From: Priapulus caudatus
Lineage: Eukaryota
Reading direction: 5' to 3'
DNA length: 64,000 nucleotides
Assembly (NCBI RefSeq): GCF_000485595.1
Contig: NW_014577087.1
Location: 89,999 to 153,998 of the forward strand
Every line of letters begins with the position of its first letter. Position 1 is the stretch's first letter. Both the position numbers and the translations under genes were made by a program. This document shows positions 52,091 to 64,000 of this stretch, in pieces. The notes below the pieces were generated by a model that saw only the letters and a list, made by a program, of their open reading frames with translations, did no database searches and was not told the origin of the DNA.

Positions 52091-53583
52091 GAATGATGTA
52101 GCTAGCGCAAATAACGGGTGCTTGTCAGACGCGATGAATATATGCAAATCACGGCATATAGCTAACAGGAGAGTGATCGTTGTTATACGTGGGTCGAAGT
52201 CACGGTAGCTCATTAGCGAATTCGTATTCGTGACCACGAACATCTATTAGTTCATTAGTTCGGAGTCGGTCCGTCAGGGTTTCGTCAACACATATGCCAC
52301 ACTACATCCTTACGACGATATATATACTCAGCAGCTGCAATTCTCCTTCTCTCCGCAAACAAATCTAATTAGACTTGGAATTTCCACACAATTATCGTCT
52401 CGCTTTATCTGGTAATAAGGCTTTAATTTTCAATTAAACGGCTTCCTTAATTAGTCTCATGTATTTTACAATGTTTCCAGAGTGTGCGAGTCGCTGATAA
52501 CCCCCTGATCAACGAGAGAGAATGTTGTTGTCGAAGAATTAGATCGTCCTTCCCGCGTGCGACGCACCGTAGCGACGCACTCGCATGCGTCCGCAAACAA
52601 ACTAATCCCAACTAAAAAGATAGTGTTCAATTAAGTTGGGACTTTGGCGTGGATTTATTTAAACTCAATGACAACGACGATCGGATCTACAAACCTCTAT
52701 GTATCCAGCTACAAACCCCGCGGTGACGTATGAAAGATTTTCTCTGTGGTAGCAATGCTCAATTTGTCGTTACGGTGCTTGATATTTTCGGCAGGATTAA
52801 GGTAAAATCCGAAGCGCGACATTGATTGGGGTAGGAAAGGAGGGAGGCAAAACAATTCGGAGAGATTGAGACTCGAATAAACCCGTAATGATATTAGTGA
52901 GAAGGCCAATACATGCCTTACATCTGTCTAGTCATCGACAGCCAATCTCTTCCGTAGATTTCACAGAAGTTTGTAAGCATTGCGAAACATCATCAATCAT
53001 TCGTGCCTGACACGACTAATAGAGAAACGGCACCGAAGCGCGCTATTCAAGCGATGAATTGGAGATAGTTTCTCCCCCTTGAGAAAGAAAAACTGTGCAG
53101 TTATTTATGGGCGACGATGCACATTACGAAGGCTTGTGCCCGCCATTCGCTGTCAATTTTTGAAAATGCGCATGGAATCGTCTCTTTTGCACACAGGGTA
53201 CTCGGTATAGGTGAACGCGTTTAGTAAAGCCGTAAATGGCTGCATGAGATCTTCGAGTTTCAAAGGATGACGTCAGATGTATCAGGGAGGCTATTTTAGT
53301 GAAAACCGAAGTACCTCTGGCCAGCGACAGCATCTACTTGTGAGGTAAACACAACTGGTAGATTAGGTAGGGGAATGCGAAAAACCATTAGGTATTGGTA
53401 TATGTGGCGCTTAGAATTTCGTTGTACACACCACTGGTCGCCGGCATATCGCTAAAGAATCGAGCGCGAAATCCTTGGACGAGATATCAATGGAACAGGT
53501 GTGAACGTAGAGGACAGACGCACGCAATACCTGACAAAGCTCCCAGGCCCCCATTACACCGCTGCTACCATTGAATGCAGCTG

Positions 53584-53584
<1 letters not shown>

Positions 53585-53623
<39 letters not shown>

Positions 53624-53843
53624 ATGAGAGAGAGGGTGAGTGGGGTGAAGAAGGATAAAGGGAGAAGAAAAGAATAGAGTGCGAGAGAGGATAGGGAAAG
53701 AGGGAGAACGAGAGAGAAGGAGAGAATGGAGAGGAGATGGGAAGAGCGGGATAGTGATGGCGAGAGGAAGAGAGCAAGCGGGCGAGAGAGTAAAGTAGAG
53801 ATAGCGCGCGCACGAGAGAGAGAGAGAACGAGGAAGAGACAGT

Positions 53844-53915
<72 letters not shown>

Positions 53916-53960
53916 AAGAGAGACAGACAGACAGACAGACACACAGACAGACGGATACAC

Positions 53961-53995
<35 letters not shown>

Positions 53996-54045
53996 CAAAC
54001 AGACAGACAGTCAGGCAGATAGTCAGAAGAAAGATAGAGGCGGAC

Positions 54046-54077
<32 letters not shown>

Positions 54078-54097
54078 CGAGGGAACGAGAGAGAGCG

Positions 54098-54143
<46 letters not shown>

Positions 54144-54167
54144 CGAGAAGAGAGAGAAGAGAGAGAT

Positions 54168-54215
<48 letters not shown>

Positions 54216-54240
54216 AGAGAGAGACAGAGGGGGAGAGGGA
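53585..54240. repeat. (GA)n / (GACA)n compound microsatellite
   Basis: Directly visible. Confidence 0.9.
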
Positions 54241-54391
54241 GGAGGATTGGGATCGAAGACGCCCCTCCGGCTGCAGTCACCCGTCGTCGTAAGAGAGCTC
54301 GCGAGAGGTTTTTCGTTGGCTGATGCTTGGTCGGCGCGCACGGGGCATCGTATTGTCGGAGCGCCGCCAGAATATACAGCCGTGGGGGAAG

Positions 54392-54773
54392 CGGTTAAGC
54401 ACTCGTTCACATGTCTCAAAAGGACGACGCTACGTGGCAGCACAGTCTTAGCATTAGCGTTTCGTTCTGGCGTAGCAGTCACTTCCTGAGTCGGAGTAAC
54501 CAATGTGCCTAACCCTAACCTAAACCCTAACCCTAATCCTAACCCTAACCATAACCCTAACCTATTATATTGATATAAATTATATTTATATTGATGTAAA
54601 TGACATTGGTTCACATTGGGATACATGTTCTCTATCCTTGAACCGAAACGCCTATGAACTGAACTATGGCGAAGGAACTGGTGCTACGCTGGAGCGAGAG
54701 GTGACTAGTGCGAAGTGACGAGTGCTCCACGTAGCGGTCGTCCTTTTGAGACATGTGAAACGAGTGCTAACCG
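54392..54773. mobile_element. Non-autonomous TIR DNA transposon (MITE), 382 bp, 8-bp TSD (hAT- or P-like)
   Basis: About 50-bp TIRs cggtta(a)gcactcgtt(t)cacatgtctcaaaaggacgac(c)gctacgtgg; TSD gggggaag at 54384-54391 and 54774-54781; the duplicate block has the empty site cagccgtgggggaagcgatcgc near 57716-57737. Confidence 0.9.
54499..54645. mobile_element. Left-truncated copy of the CCCTAA-containing MITE nested in the 382-bp element
   Basis: aaccaatgtgcctaaccctaac...catgttctctatccttgaaccg matches 48427-48598 with several differences; left TIR absent. Confidence 0.8.
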
Positions 54774-54998
54774 GGGGGAAGCGATCGCTCGCGTGAGGTT
54801 GGAGTGTGGCGTACCGAGTGCGCATGCGCAGCGTTCGACGATGACGGGCATTTTTACATCTCTCTGCGTGCATTCGGCTGGCTGTGTAAGTTCTCTCGCG
54901 GCGCGGCGAGTCGGTGTGCGGAATAACAAGGGTGGGCGGGTGATGGGATGGCTGAGGGTCGCGGGTGCACGAACCCTATTACCCATTGCAACACCGAT

Positions 54999-55040
<42 letters not shown>

Positions 55041-56003
55041 ACATACATATATAACATGCCATTCCATTCTTAGCCTCGAGATAAATCGTCTCTTATCATG
55101 AAAAAATAATGAAACTCACACACAGCATTTGGAAAACCACCAACATATAGATCGTGCTTGAAGAAAAAATGATCGATGGGTGGGGCTTATTTTCGCGTTA
55201 TATTCACAAACACACACACACACACGCACACACACGAACGTGCACACGCGCGCGCACACACACACGAACGCACACACGCGCGCACACACACACGAACGCA
55301 CCTCGCCGCTATTAAATCCTCCTCGCCTCGAATCTAGAAATCTGTGCGACGTGTGTGAAGCCTGATTTCCCGCAACGCGCGCGCCACGCCGACCGATTTC
55401 CTCCGTATGTATAAATGTCCCGCCTATTTAATCTTCGAGACACAGAACATAACTTCTCGCGCGGGCAGTCGTGTGTTGTGCGCGACGACCACCCCGGCTT
55501 GCCAGCGTTGTCGGTCTTTCGCGTATGAATGTCAGATTTTAATTGGCATCAAGAGTGGTTTCGCTTGGCCTGGCGCGCTTTTACTATCACTTACTGTCGG
55601 CTTGCATTACGGGAACGTGTAGGTTTTGCGGCCAGACAAAGAGTTGCCTCGCAGTCAGGCTACACTTTGTTCGGTCATCCGGCCACGGATAGCACATACG
55701 CTGCTGGTTACCAGGGCGTACCATATGAAAGTTTCATTGCAGCTGCTCTTGCATGCGCCGTGCGTGTACGAACTTGCACGCTTGTGTGCGCGTATGTATG
55801 TACGCAACTATATGTTCAATATGCAAGTGTAACAGGGTAGATGTTTTGTTAACTACTAGTAGTTGTTAATCACCCAGTATAAATAATAAACATTTGTCTA
55901 GACTCTCGTGTATTGAACTCTTTTAATTAGACAACAGTAGTACAATGATTATGACATACGATCATAAATAGATGGCATGAAGCCAGTGCTACATTAGTAT
56001 ATG

Positions 56004-56160
56004 TCACTCACTCACTCACTCACTCACCATCACACTCACTACCACGCTCATCGCTCACGATTCAAACTCACTCACTCACTCACTCACTCACTCACTCACT
56101 CACTCACTCACTCACTCACTCACTCACTCACTCACTCACTCACTCACTCACTCACTCACT
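56004..56160. repeat. (CACT)n microsatellite
   Basis: Directly visible; also 58947-59006. Confidence 0.9.
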
Positions 56161-57581
56161 TGGGCGCTGCCCTCTCTCCTGCCCGTTTGCCCACCACTCG
56201 CTCGCTCGCTCAATCATCTACCTCCCTATGCCCCACAGGTTGCCTAACCCTACGCGCACGCACGCACGCACGCGCGCACGCACGGACACACGCACGCACG
56301 CACGTACGCACGAACACACGCACGCACGCACGCGCGCACGCACGGACACACGCACGCACGCACGTACGCACGAACACACGCACCTACTCATCCAGCGGCC
56401 CATTCGTTCACTCGTTTAGTTGCTCACTTCTGCTATTTTTAACCAATTTTAAGTCATGATAATAGATCTGCGCATCTTCCCGTGGCGACGTAATTTCCCC
56501 ATATTCTACTTGTGCGCACAGTCAGCTACAGAGCGAATGCAGTTATTTACCTAATTACTGAGGACCCCACAAATGGGCCAGCCATGAGAACCAACTCGCC
56601 AAATTCTCCGCGCGCTTTTCTCGTAAACGTTCTAATTCGCAAATTTATATGCCGCCGAGCGGGACTCGTCGCGAGCAAGCAGCGACGCACTGCGGTGAGA
56701 TGCGGAGGCTGCAAGAATGTCTTCCGTGAGGCGTTCACGCACATACCAGCTGCTGTGATGCGAAGATGAAAGACAGACGTGTATACGGCACGAAACGTGG
56801 AAAATTTAAAAGACCGGTAGACCGGTCCGCGTCACAGCGGAAGGAAACTCGGTGAATCGCCACATCGTGATATTGTCATGCATATTTATAATGGTTTATG
56901 CACGCGTTATTTCCAAGGATTCTACGAAATCACATTTCATGGGCGAAGAAATTGAAATTTTCCACATGGCCGAGCTGGCGAATGTGTCAAAGTAAGACAT
57001 ATTAAATCATAATGAGCGCCAAGGGCAGAATGCCTCTTCTCCAATCGCTCTACATGCTGACTCGCCATCACTCCTGTTCGAATGTTTTTTCTCTCTCGGC
57101 CCACATCAATCTCTCGTTTATCTTATCCTCCTCTTCCCCTTCCCATGCTTCATATCCTATGTTTCTCCTGTATTCTATCGCTTCTCTCTGTCTTTTCTAA
57201 ACTCTTCCACTGCCTCCTATTCTCTTTCTATTTCACCCTTCTCGCTCCATATTCTTCGCATAGCCTTTTTTACCATTCGTCTCTTTCCTCTCCCGTCCCG
57301 ACCAATGCCATGGGACCAATCGTCGTACTGCGACGTTTCCCCATGGGGGAGAAATGATCTCAGTTCTCACGTGCCACATGTTATTATCGGTATGCCTTGA
57401 CCTCGCTTAACCCGATCAATCGGTTCGTCTTCTTGTTTATGAATTATCCACCGCGAGAGAGAGAGAGATAGAGGGAGAGAGAGAGCGAGAGAGCGAGGGA
57501 GAGAACGACTGCGCAAATGAGCTCGAAAGCAGGAGAGAAAGAAAGAGAAATAGAGAGAAAGAAAAAGGGAGACAGCCAGAG

Positions 57582-57941
57582 ATGGAGGATTGGATCGAAG
57601 ACCCCCTCCGGCTGCAGTCACACGTCGTCGTAAGAGAGCTCGCGAGAGTTTTTTCGTTGGCTGATGCTTTGTCGCGCGCACGGGGCATCTATTGTCGGAG
57701 CGCCGCCAGAATATACAGCCGTGGGGGAAGCGATCGCTCGCGTGAGGTTGGAGTGGCGTACCGAGTGCGCATGCGCACGTTCGACGATGACGGCATTTTT
57801 ACATCTCCTGCGTGCATTCGGCTGGCTGTGTAAGTTCTCTCGCGGTCGCGGCGAGTCGGTGTGTCGGAATAAGGGTGGGCGGGGTGATGGGATGGCTGAG
57901 GGTCGGGGTCACGACCCTATTACCCCATTGCAACACCGATG

Positions 57942-57980
<39 letters not shown>

Positions 57981-58945
57981 TAACATGCCATTCCATTCTT
58001 AGCCTCGAGATAAATCGTCTCTTATCATGAAAAAATAATGAAACTCACACACAGCATTTGGAAAACCACCAACAAATAGATCGTGCCTGAAGAAAAAATG
58101 TTCGATGGGTGGGGCTTATTTTCGCGTGATATTCACGCGCTCACACACACACGCACACACACACGCACACACACACACACACACGACGCACACACACGCG
58201 CGCGCACACACACACGCACACACACGAACGCACACACGCGCGCACACACACGAACGCACCTCGCCGCTATTAAATCCTCCTCGCCCCGAATCTAGAAATC
58301 TGTGCGACGTGTGTGAAGCCTGAGTTCCCGCAAGCGCGCGCCACGCCGACCGATTTCCTCCGTATGTATAAATGTCCCTATTTAATCTTCGAGACACAGA
58401 ACATAACTTCTCGCGCGGCAGTCGTGTGTGTGCGCGACCGACCACCCGGCTTGCCAGCGTTGTCGGTCTTCGCGTATGAATGTCAGATTTTAATTGGCAT
58501 CAAAGTGGTTTCGCTTGGCCTGCGCGCTTTTACTATCACTTACTGTCGGCTTGCTATTACGGAACGTGTAGGTTTTGCGGCAGACAAAGGAGTTGCCTCG
58601 CCAGTCAGGCTACACTTGGTTCGGTCATCCGGCCACGGATAGCACATACCGCTGGTTACCAGGGCGTACCATATGAAAGTTTCATTGCAGCTCGCTCTTG
58701 CATGCGCCGTGCGTGTACGAACTTGCACGCTTGTGTGCGTATGTATGTACGCAACTTATATGTCAATATGCAGTGTAACAGGGTAGATGTTTTGTTAACT
58801 ACTAGTAGTTGTTAATCACCCAGGTAGAAATAATAAACATTTGTCTAGACTCTCGTGTATTGAACTCTTTTAATTAGACAACAGTAGTACAATGATTATG
58901 ACATACGATCATAAATAGATGGCATGAAGCCAGTGCTATTAGGTA
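57582..58945 (+). repeat. Duplicated block, empty-site copy
   Basis: Same sequence as 54243-55995 without the MITE; indel-rich; runs into (CACT)n and a gap. Confidence 0.9.
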
Positions 58946-59379
58946 GTCACTCACTCACTCACTCACTCACTCACTCACTCACTCACTCACTCACTCACTC
59001 ACTCACNNNNNNNNNNNNNNNNNNNNNNNNNNNNNNNNNNNNNNNNNNNNNNNNNNNNNNNNNNNNNNNNNNNNNNNNNNNNNNNNNNNNNNNNNNNNNN
59101 NNNNNNNNNNNNNNNNNNNNNNNNNNNNNNNNNNNNNNNNNNNNNNNNNNNNNNNNNNNNNNNNNNNNNNNNNNNNNNNNNNNNNNNNNNNNNNNNNNNN
59201 NNNNNNNNNNNNNNNNNNNNNNNNNNNNNNNNNNNNNNNNNNNNNNNNNNNNNNNNNNNNNNNNNNNNNNNNNNNNNNNNNNNNNNNNNNNNNNNNNCGG
59301 GGAAATCAGTGGCGTTACTAAGTTGGTGACCGCTTGGTTGAAAAAAAAATACCTAAAAAAATCTAACTATCAATCTATT

Positions 59380-59672
59380 CATGCATCCATCTATGCATGC
59401 ATCCATCCATCCATTCATCCATCCCATTACATGCCATCTAATCCCATCCCATCGCACCGCATCCCATCCCATCTCATATCCCATCCCATCCCATCCCATC
59501 TCATCGCATCCCATGCCATGCCATCCCATTTCATCGCATCCCATGCCATCCCATGACATCCCATGCCATGCCATGCCATCCCATCGCACCGCATCCCATC
59601 CCATCCCATGCCATCCCATGCCATCCCATCCCATCCCATCGCATGCCATCCCACCCCATCCCATCCCATCCC
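59380..59672. repeat. (CCATC/CCATG)n pentamer repeat
   Basis: Directly visible. Confidence 0.9.
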
Positions 59673-59801
59673 AAACAGTAAAAAATAATAAGAAATCAAA
59701 AGATAAAAGACATTAAAAATTAAAAATTAAAATAAAAAAATAAAAATTAGAAATAATACATACTAAAGAGGTAGGTAAAGGGGAAAAAAGGGGAAAAAAA
59801 G

Positions 59802-59874
59802 TTCCCCAGCAGGGACTCGAACACGGAAGCCCCGTGTAAGAGACGGATGTTCTAGCGATTAGGCCACTGCGCCG
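59802..59874 (-). pseudogene. tRNA-derived sequence (SINE head or tRNA pseudogene; anticodon position reads CTT)
   Basis: Minus strand cggcgcagtggcctaatcgctagaacatccgtctcttacacggggcttccgtgttcgagtccctgctggggaa then T7: A-box-like TGGCCTAATCG, B-box GTTCGAGTCC, anticodon arm TCCGT-CTCTTAC-ACGGG; acceptor and T stems pair poorly. Confidence 0.65.
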
Positions 59875-59994
59875 TTAAGGATATACACCATGGATTTACA
59901 CGTACGTGATGTTAATCTGTACGCACCGCCATCTATTGATGAATAGAATTTTTATCAATTTTTAACTTTTTACTTTTTTTAAATTATTATTTTA

Positions 59995-60175
59995 GCCAGA
60001 ACCACCTCCCAGATGTGCTGATTCTGAAAATATCTTTAGTTTTCCTCTAGGCTGCGGAGTTCTCTAGTTATGCGAGTACGGACTAATTCGGCTGAACAAC
60101 TTTATATATATAGATTTTCCTCTAGGCTGCGGAGTTCTCTAGTTATGCGAGTACGGACTAATTCGGCTGAACAAC
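59995..60175 (+). mobile_element. Possible 3' end of a non-autonomous Helitron/Helentron-like element with a local ~60-bp duplication
   Basis: ttttcctctaggctgcggagttctctagttatgcgagtacggactaattcggctgaacaac occurs twice (about 60040-60100 and 60115-60175), separated by tttatatatataga; resemblance to DINE/HINE-type ends is by eye only. Confidence 0.35.
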
Positions 60176-61999
60176 GAAATACGAATGCGAATACGAATGC
60201 GGCTGTATGGGGCGCGCAGGTCGCGCAGAATGCATGTAATTGCCCGTTGCACAAGATTGGCGGTGCGCCAGCGCGCCTTTATCCGGCGCGCATTCACCGA
60301 GGCCCGGCTTACCTCATTAGGCAAGACAATGGCGCCGCGGGCACGCCGACCCGGGAAGGCCCGCGCGGCTAATCGTGCACTACTTCCATTCGTGTCCCGC
60401 GCGCTCCGCTGGCGGCGGCTGGGGATGCTGGGGATGCTGGGGATGCTGGGGATGGTGCCCCGCGTGGCTTCCTTGCTTCATGCGATAGTTATCGTCTGCT
60501 GAAGTAGTGGGGGGGGGGCGTACATGGCTCGCGGTTGATCGCACCGGCGGGTATCAGCCCGCGGGAAACCTGCTAGACAGCCAACGATCGGTGTATGCCG
60601 AACATCGCTACAGGGCTGGCAGCACGTATGGGTGCCTGGTACGCTGCAGCGGGGGGGGGGGAGGGATGTATCGATTGTTGCTGGAATGTGATGAGTATGG
60701 TTCTCTTTCAGAAAGTTGGTGTGTGGTGGTTTGCTGCCTATACGCCTAGATTTCTCTATCTTTCATCCTTCCTTCCCTATCGGTCTCTCTCTCTCTCTCT
60801 CTCTCTATTTCGATCTCTCCCACTCTCTTTCTTTCTTTCCTGTCTTTTTTTCTTTCATTCTATCTCTCTCTCTCTTCTCTCTCGCTCTCTAGCTACCACG
60901 CTCCCTGGCTTTCTTGCTCTCTCGGTAAGATAGCGAATGTTGCACGACGGAAAGCGCTTTAATTTCCCGCACCATCTGAGCGGCATCAATAACCATCTAC
61001 TGATGAGTTTGTAAGGCGACCTTCTTAAGGTGGCAGATCATTCTTCAAAGCTTCGTGATAAATTGCTCGAGCTGAGATGAGTTTCGCGTGTAAGCATGTT
61101 CCAGGCATCGAACCAAACGAAGAAAAAACCCACCTTCCACTGGTTTCAATCATAAACCAAATCAGTTTGAAAGCAGAATGTCATATGTGTTCCTTCCGTC
61201 TAACCTAATTGCGTTAACCTAACACCGCAATTTTCGGAATGAGAGACTTGCTCGTGTGTGTGGGTGCGCGTGTGTGCGCGTGTGTGTGCATGAGTGCGCG
61301 CGTGTGCACGTGTGTGTGCATGAGTGCGCGCGTGTACACGTGTGTGTGAGTGCGCGTGGTTTCTACGTGGATACGTATGTATGCATGTGTGTATGTGTGT
61401 GTGTGCGCGTGAGTGAGTGCGCGTGTGTGTGAGTGCACGTGTGTGTGAGGGCGCGTGTGTGCATGTGCGTGTGAGTGCGCGTGTGTGCACGTGTGCGTGA
61501 GTTCGCGTGTGTGCACGTGTGTGTGAGTGCGCGTGGGTTCCTGTGTGCGTACGTGTGTATGCATGTGTTTGTTTGTGTGTGTGCGTGCGTGCGTGCTTGC
61601 GTGCGTGCGTATGTGCGTGCGTGTGTGTCAAGGCTGCGAATAGATTCAACTGAACGGCCGCTAGTCTCCCTCCGATCAGCTGCCTCGTGGACGTTCGTTC
61701 TCTTGATGAGTTTTTTTCCGAAACGGAAAACGTTAATATCGAGTTTACGATTCATAATTAAACTCATTTCGCGTAAGATTGTTCATTCTTTTGATCTTCG
61801 AAGAAGCGACGAAAGACTCTTTGATAATATAGAAAGTTATTTTTTTGGGACATTCAATTTCATTGCAGGTTTAGCTCAACTGAGAAACTGTGGTTATGCT
61901 GTTATCGCATCGTATTGGGAACGTGCCGCACGCAGGCATGTAAACGCTTCTATGAGATATAATCAGGAGTGAATAATAGGGAATCTCTACACACCTACG

Positions 62000-62030
<31 letters not shown>

Positions 62031-62643
62031 NNNNNNNNNNNNNNNNNNNNNNNNNNNNNNNNNNNNNNNNNNNNNNNNNNNNNNNNNNNNNNNNNNNNNN
62101 NNNNNNNNNNNNNNNNNNNNNNNNNNNNNNNNNNNNNNNNNNNNNNNNNNNNNNNNNNNNNNNNNNNNNNNNNNNNNNNNNNNNNNNNNNNNNNNNNNNN
62201 NNNNNNNNNNNNNNNNNNNNNNNNNNNNNNNNNNNNNNNNNNNNNNNNNNNNNNNNNNNNNNNNNNNNNNNNNNNNNNNNNNNNNNNNNNNNNNNNNNNN
62301 NNNNNNNNNNNNNNNNNNNNNNNNNNNNNNNNNNNNNNNNNNNNNNNNNNNNNNNNNNNNNNNNNNNNNNNNNNNNNNNNNNNNNNNNNNNNNNNNNNNN
62401 NNNNNNNNNNNNNNNNNNNNNNNNNNNNNNNNNNNNNNNNNNNNNNNNNNNNNNNNNNNNNNNNNNNNNNNNNNNNNNNNNNNNNNNNNNNNNNNNNNNN
62501 NNNNNNNNNNNNNNNNNNNNNNNNNNNNNNNNNNNNNNNNNNNNNNNNNNNNNNNNNNNNNNNNNNNNNNNNNNNNNNNNNNNNNNNNACACACACACAC
62601 ACACGCACGCTCGCGACGCACGCACGCACGCACACACACACAC

Positions 62644-62681
<38 letters not shown>

Positions 62682-63829
62682 TGTCTGATGAGAAGCTATG
62701 ATGAACGTACGGTCTAATATATAACTATAATGTGATATATACTAACGCATCTCGTTCTCTGGCGTTAGTTTACATCGTCGCTAACATTAGATCGGATGGT
62801 GGGCCGCGACGGGGCGGTGATGTTTCGACGGCGTCCGCTCGATAATTTTGTATTAATAATGTGTTCAATAATGTGACAATCTTCAATTCAGTCGGACTGG
62901 CTGAGTCACAATACCTTTTAGCAGTCGAAGCTGATTCAGTGTATTTCGCCTGTGGCATCGACTGCTACACGTAGATGTATCCGCGGGCATGTATATATAT
63001 ATATATATATATATATTCTGATATATATATATGGCCACATGCTGCACGTATATATCTGGTCTGCGGTGCATAGTGAGCGTAAAGTCGGGATAAGTACATT
63101 AAGACCTAACCAGCGCCATCATTAGAATTTCAATATTCGATTTCTTAAACGTAATCTTGAGCAATAAAACGCGGGTTTTCGCCGTGACATCGCGCTAATT
63201 ACACGCTGACTAACTCAGCAACGCACGCACACAACCGTAAGCATCGCACGCAGTCTCTCCTGGATCCACGCACGCAACGCGCATCTCAATTAGACGACAA
63301 AACTGCACGCGTAACTCTGTGTCGCGTCCAAAGCTCGGACTTTTGTTTGGCACTTACAGCGCACAGCGGCCGCCTTCCTGTAGAGTGTGCTGTAGAGACC
63401 ACGTGCCATATTGCCTGCCATCGCGTAATTGTGTAACGTGACATGAGCCGCGACCGCACTCCGGGGGTGATCGCGCACCACCTTGCTTTTACAGATAATT
63501 ACTCCTCATCAAATTCTTCTGCCTGCGCGATCGGCTGCGGACTAAGCCGAAGACCGGCGCGCTTTCATGTTCCCTGTATGTGGGCGCGCCCCTATACATG
63601 CAGTCATCCGAGCGTCGCTGTAACTCGCAAGGAGAAACTAATGATTCTTTCTCTGCTAGATAGATCGTGACACGACTTTCCTTTTGCGAAGTGGGGTCGC
63701 TGGTGATTTGTTAATCGTTGCTAGCATCGTCTGCTTACTATAGTTCAAGCGGCAGCAGCGTTGATCACGGGGTTGACAGAGCCACAAGTTCCTGCATTAA
63801 GAGTCCGGTACACACGCACACGCGCACAC

Positions 63830-64000
63830 ACGCGCACACGCGCACATACGCACCTCACGTACGCGAGCATATGCACGCACAGGCACACGCGCATGCACGC
63901 TCCCGCACACGCGCACATACGCACCTCACGTACGCGTGCATATGCACGCACAGACACACGCGCATGCACGCTCCCGCACACACGCACATACGCATCTCAC
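63830..64000. repeat. 71-bp tandem repeat running off the window end
   Basis: cgcacatacgca recurs at 63841, 63912 and 63983. Confidence 0.85.

Larger units (their letters stand above)
54243..55995 (+). repeat. Duplicated block, MITE-filled copy
   Basis: Matches 57582-58945 apart from the 382-bp insertion plus TSD and small indels; bounded by (GA)n and (CACT)n. Confidence 0.9.
11116..62588. other. Assembly gaps (ten separate N runs inside this span)
   Basis: N runs at 11116-11125, 26903-27392, 36220-36865, 40468-40492, 42383-42407, 44702-44726, 46448-47367, 48910-48919, 59007-59297, 62031-62588; most abut microsatellites. Confidence 0.99.

Overview
Repeat-rich eukaryotic scaffold, most likely a non-vertebrate animal (GT-AG introns, no CpG depletion, CCCTAA repeats); the species cannot be identified from sequence alone. 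It is a draft assembly with ten N gaps and several indel-ridden stretches that look like uncorrected long-read gap fills. Almost every ORF in the supplied track is a translated micro- or minisatellite. One real gene can be rebuilt by hand on the minus strand (34372-34274, 33719-33635, 32340-32231). It encodes a 97-aa precursor with a signal peptide, a roughly 45-aa acidic, Tyr-containing, Thr-rich glycopeptide with three N-glycosylation sequons, and a GPI-anchor signal, i.e. a CD24/CD52-style miniature surface mucin, followed by a 60-bp tandem array in its 3' UTR. Other supported elements are a 382-bp TIR element with an 8-bp TSD whose empty site lies in the same window, a MITE carrying telomere-like repeats, a 40-bp perfect palindrome with a 7-bp TSD (possible P-type excision footprint), and a tRNA-derived sequence beside a Helitron/Helentron-like end. 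The 4.6-28.8 kb region is a mosaic of near-identical blocks (haplotype duplication and/or real tandem duplication). These blocks differ by a template-switch micro-inversion, a templated insertion and a flipped (CA)n/(TG)n-flanked segment.
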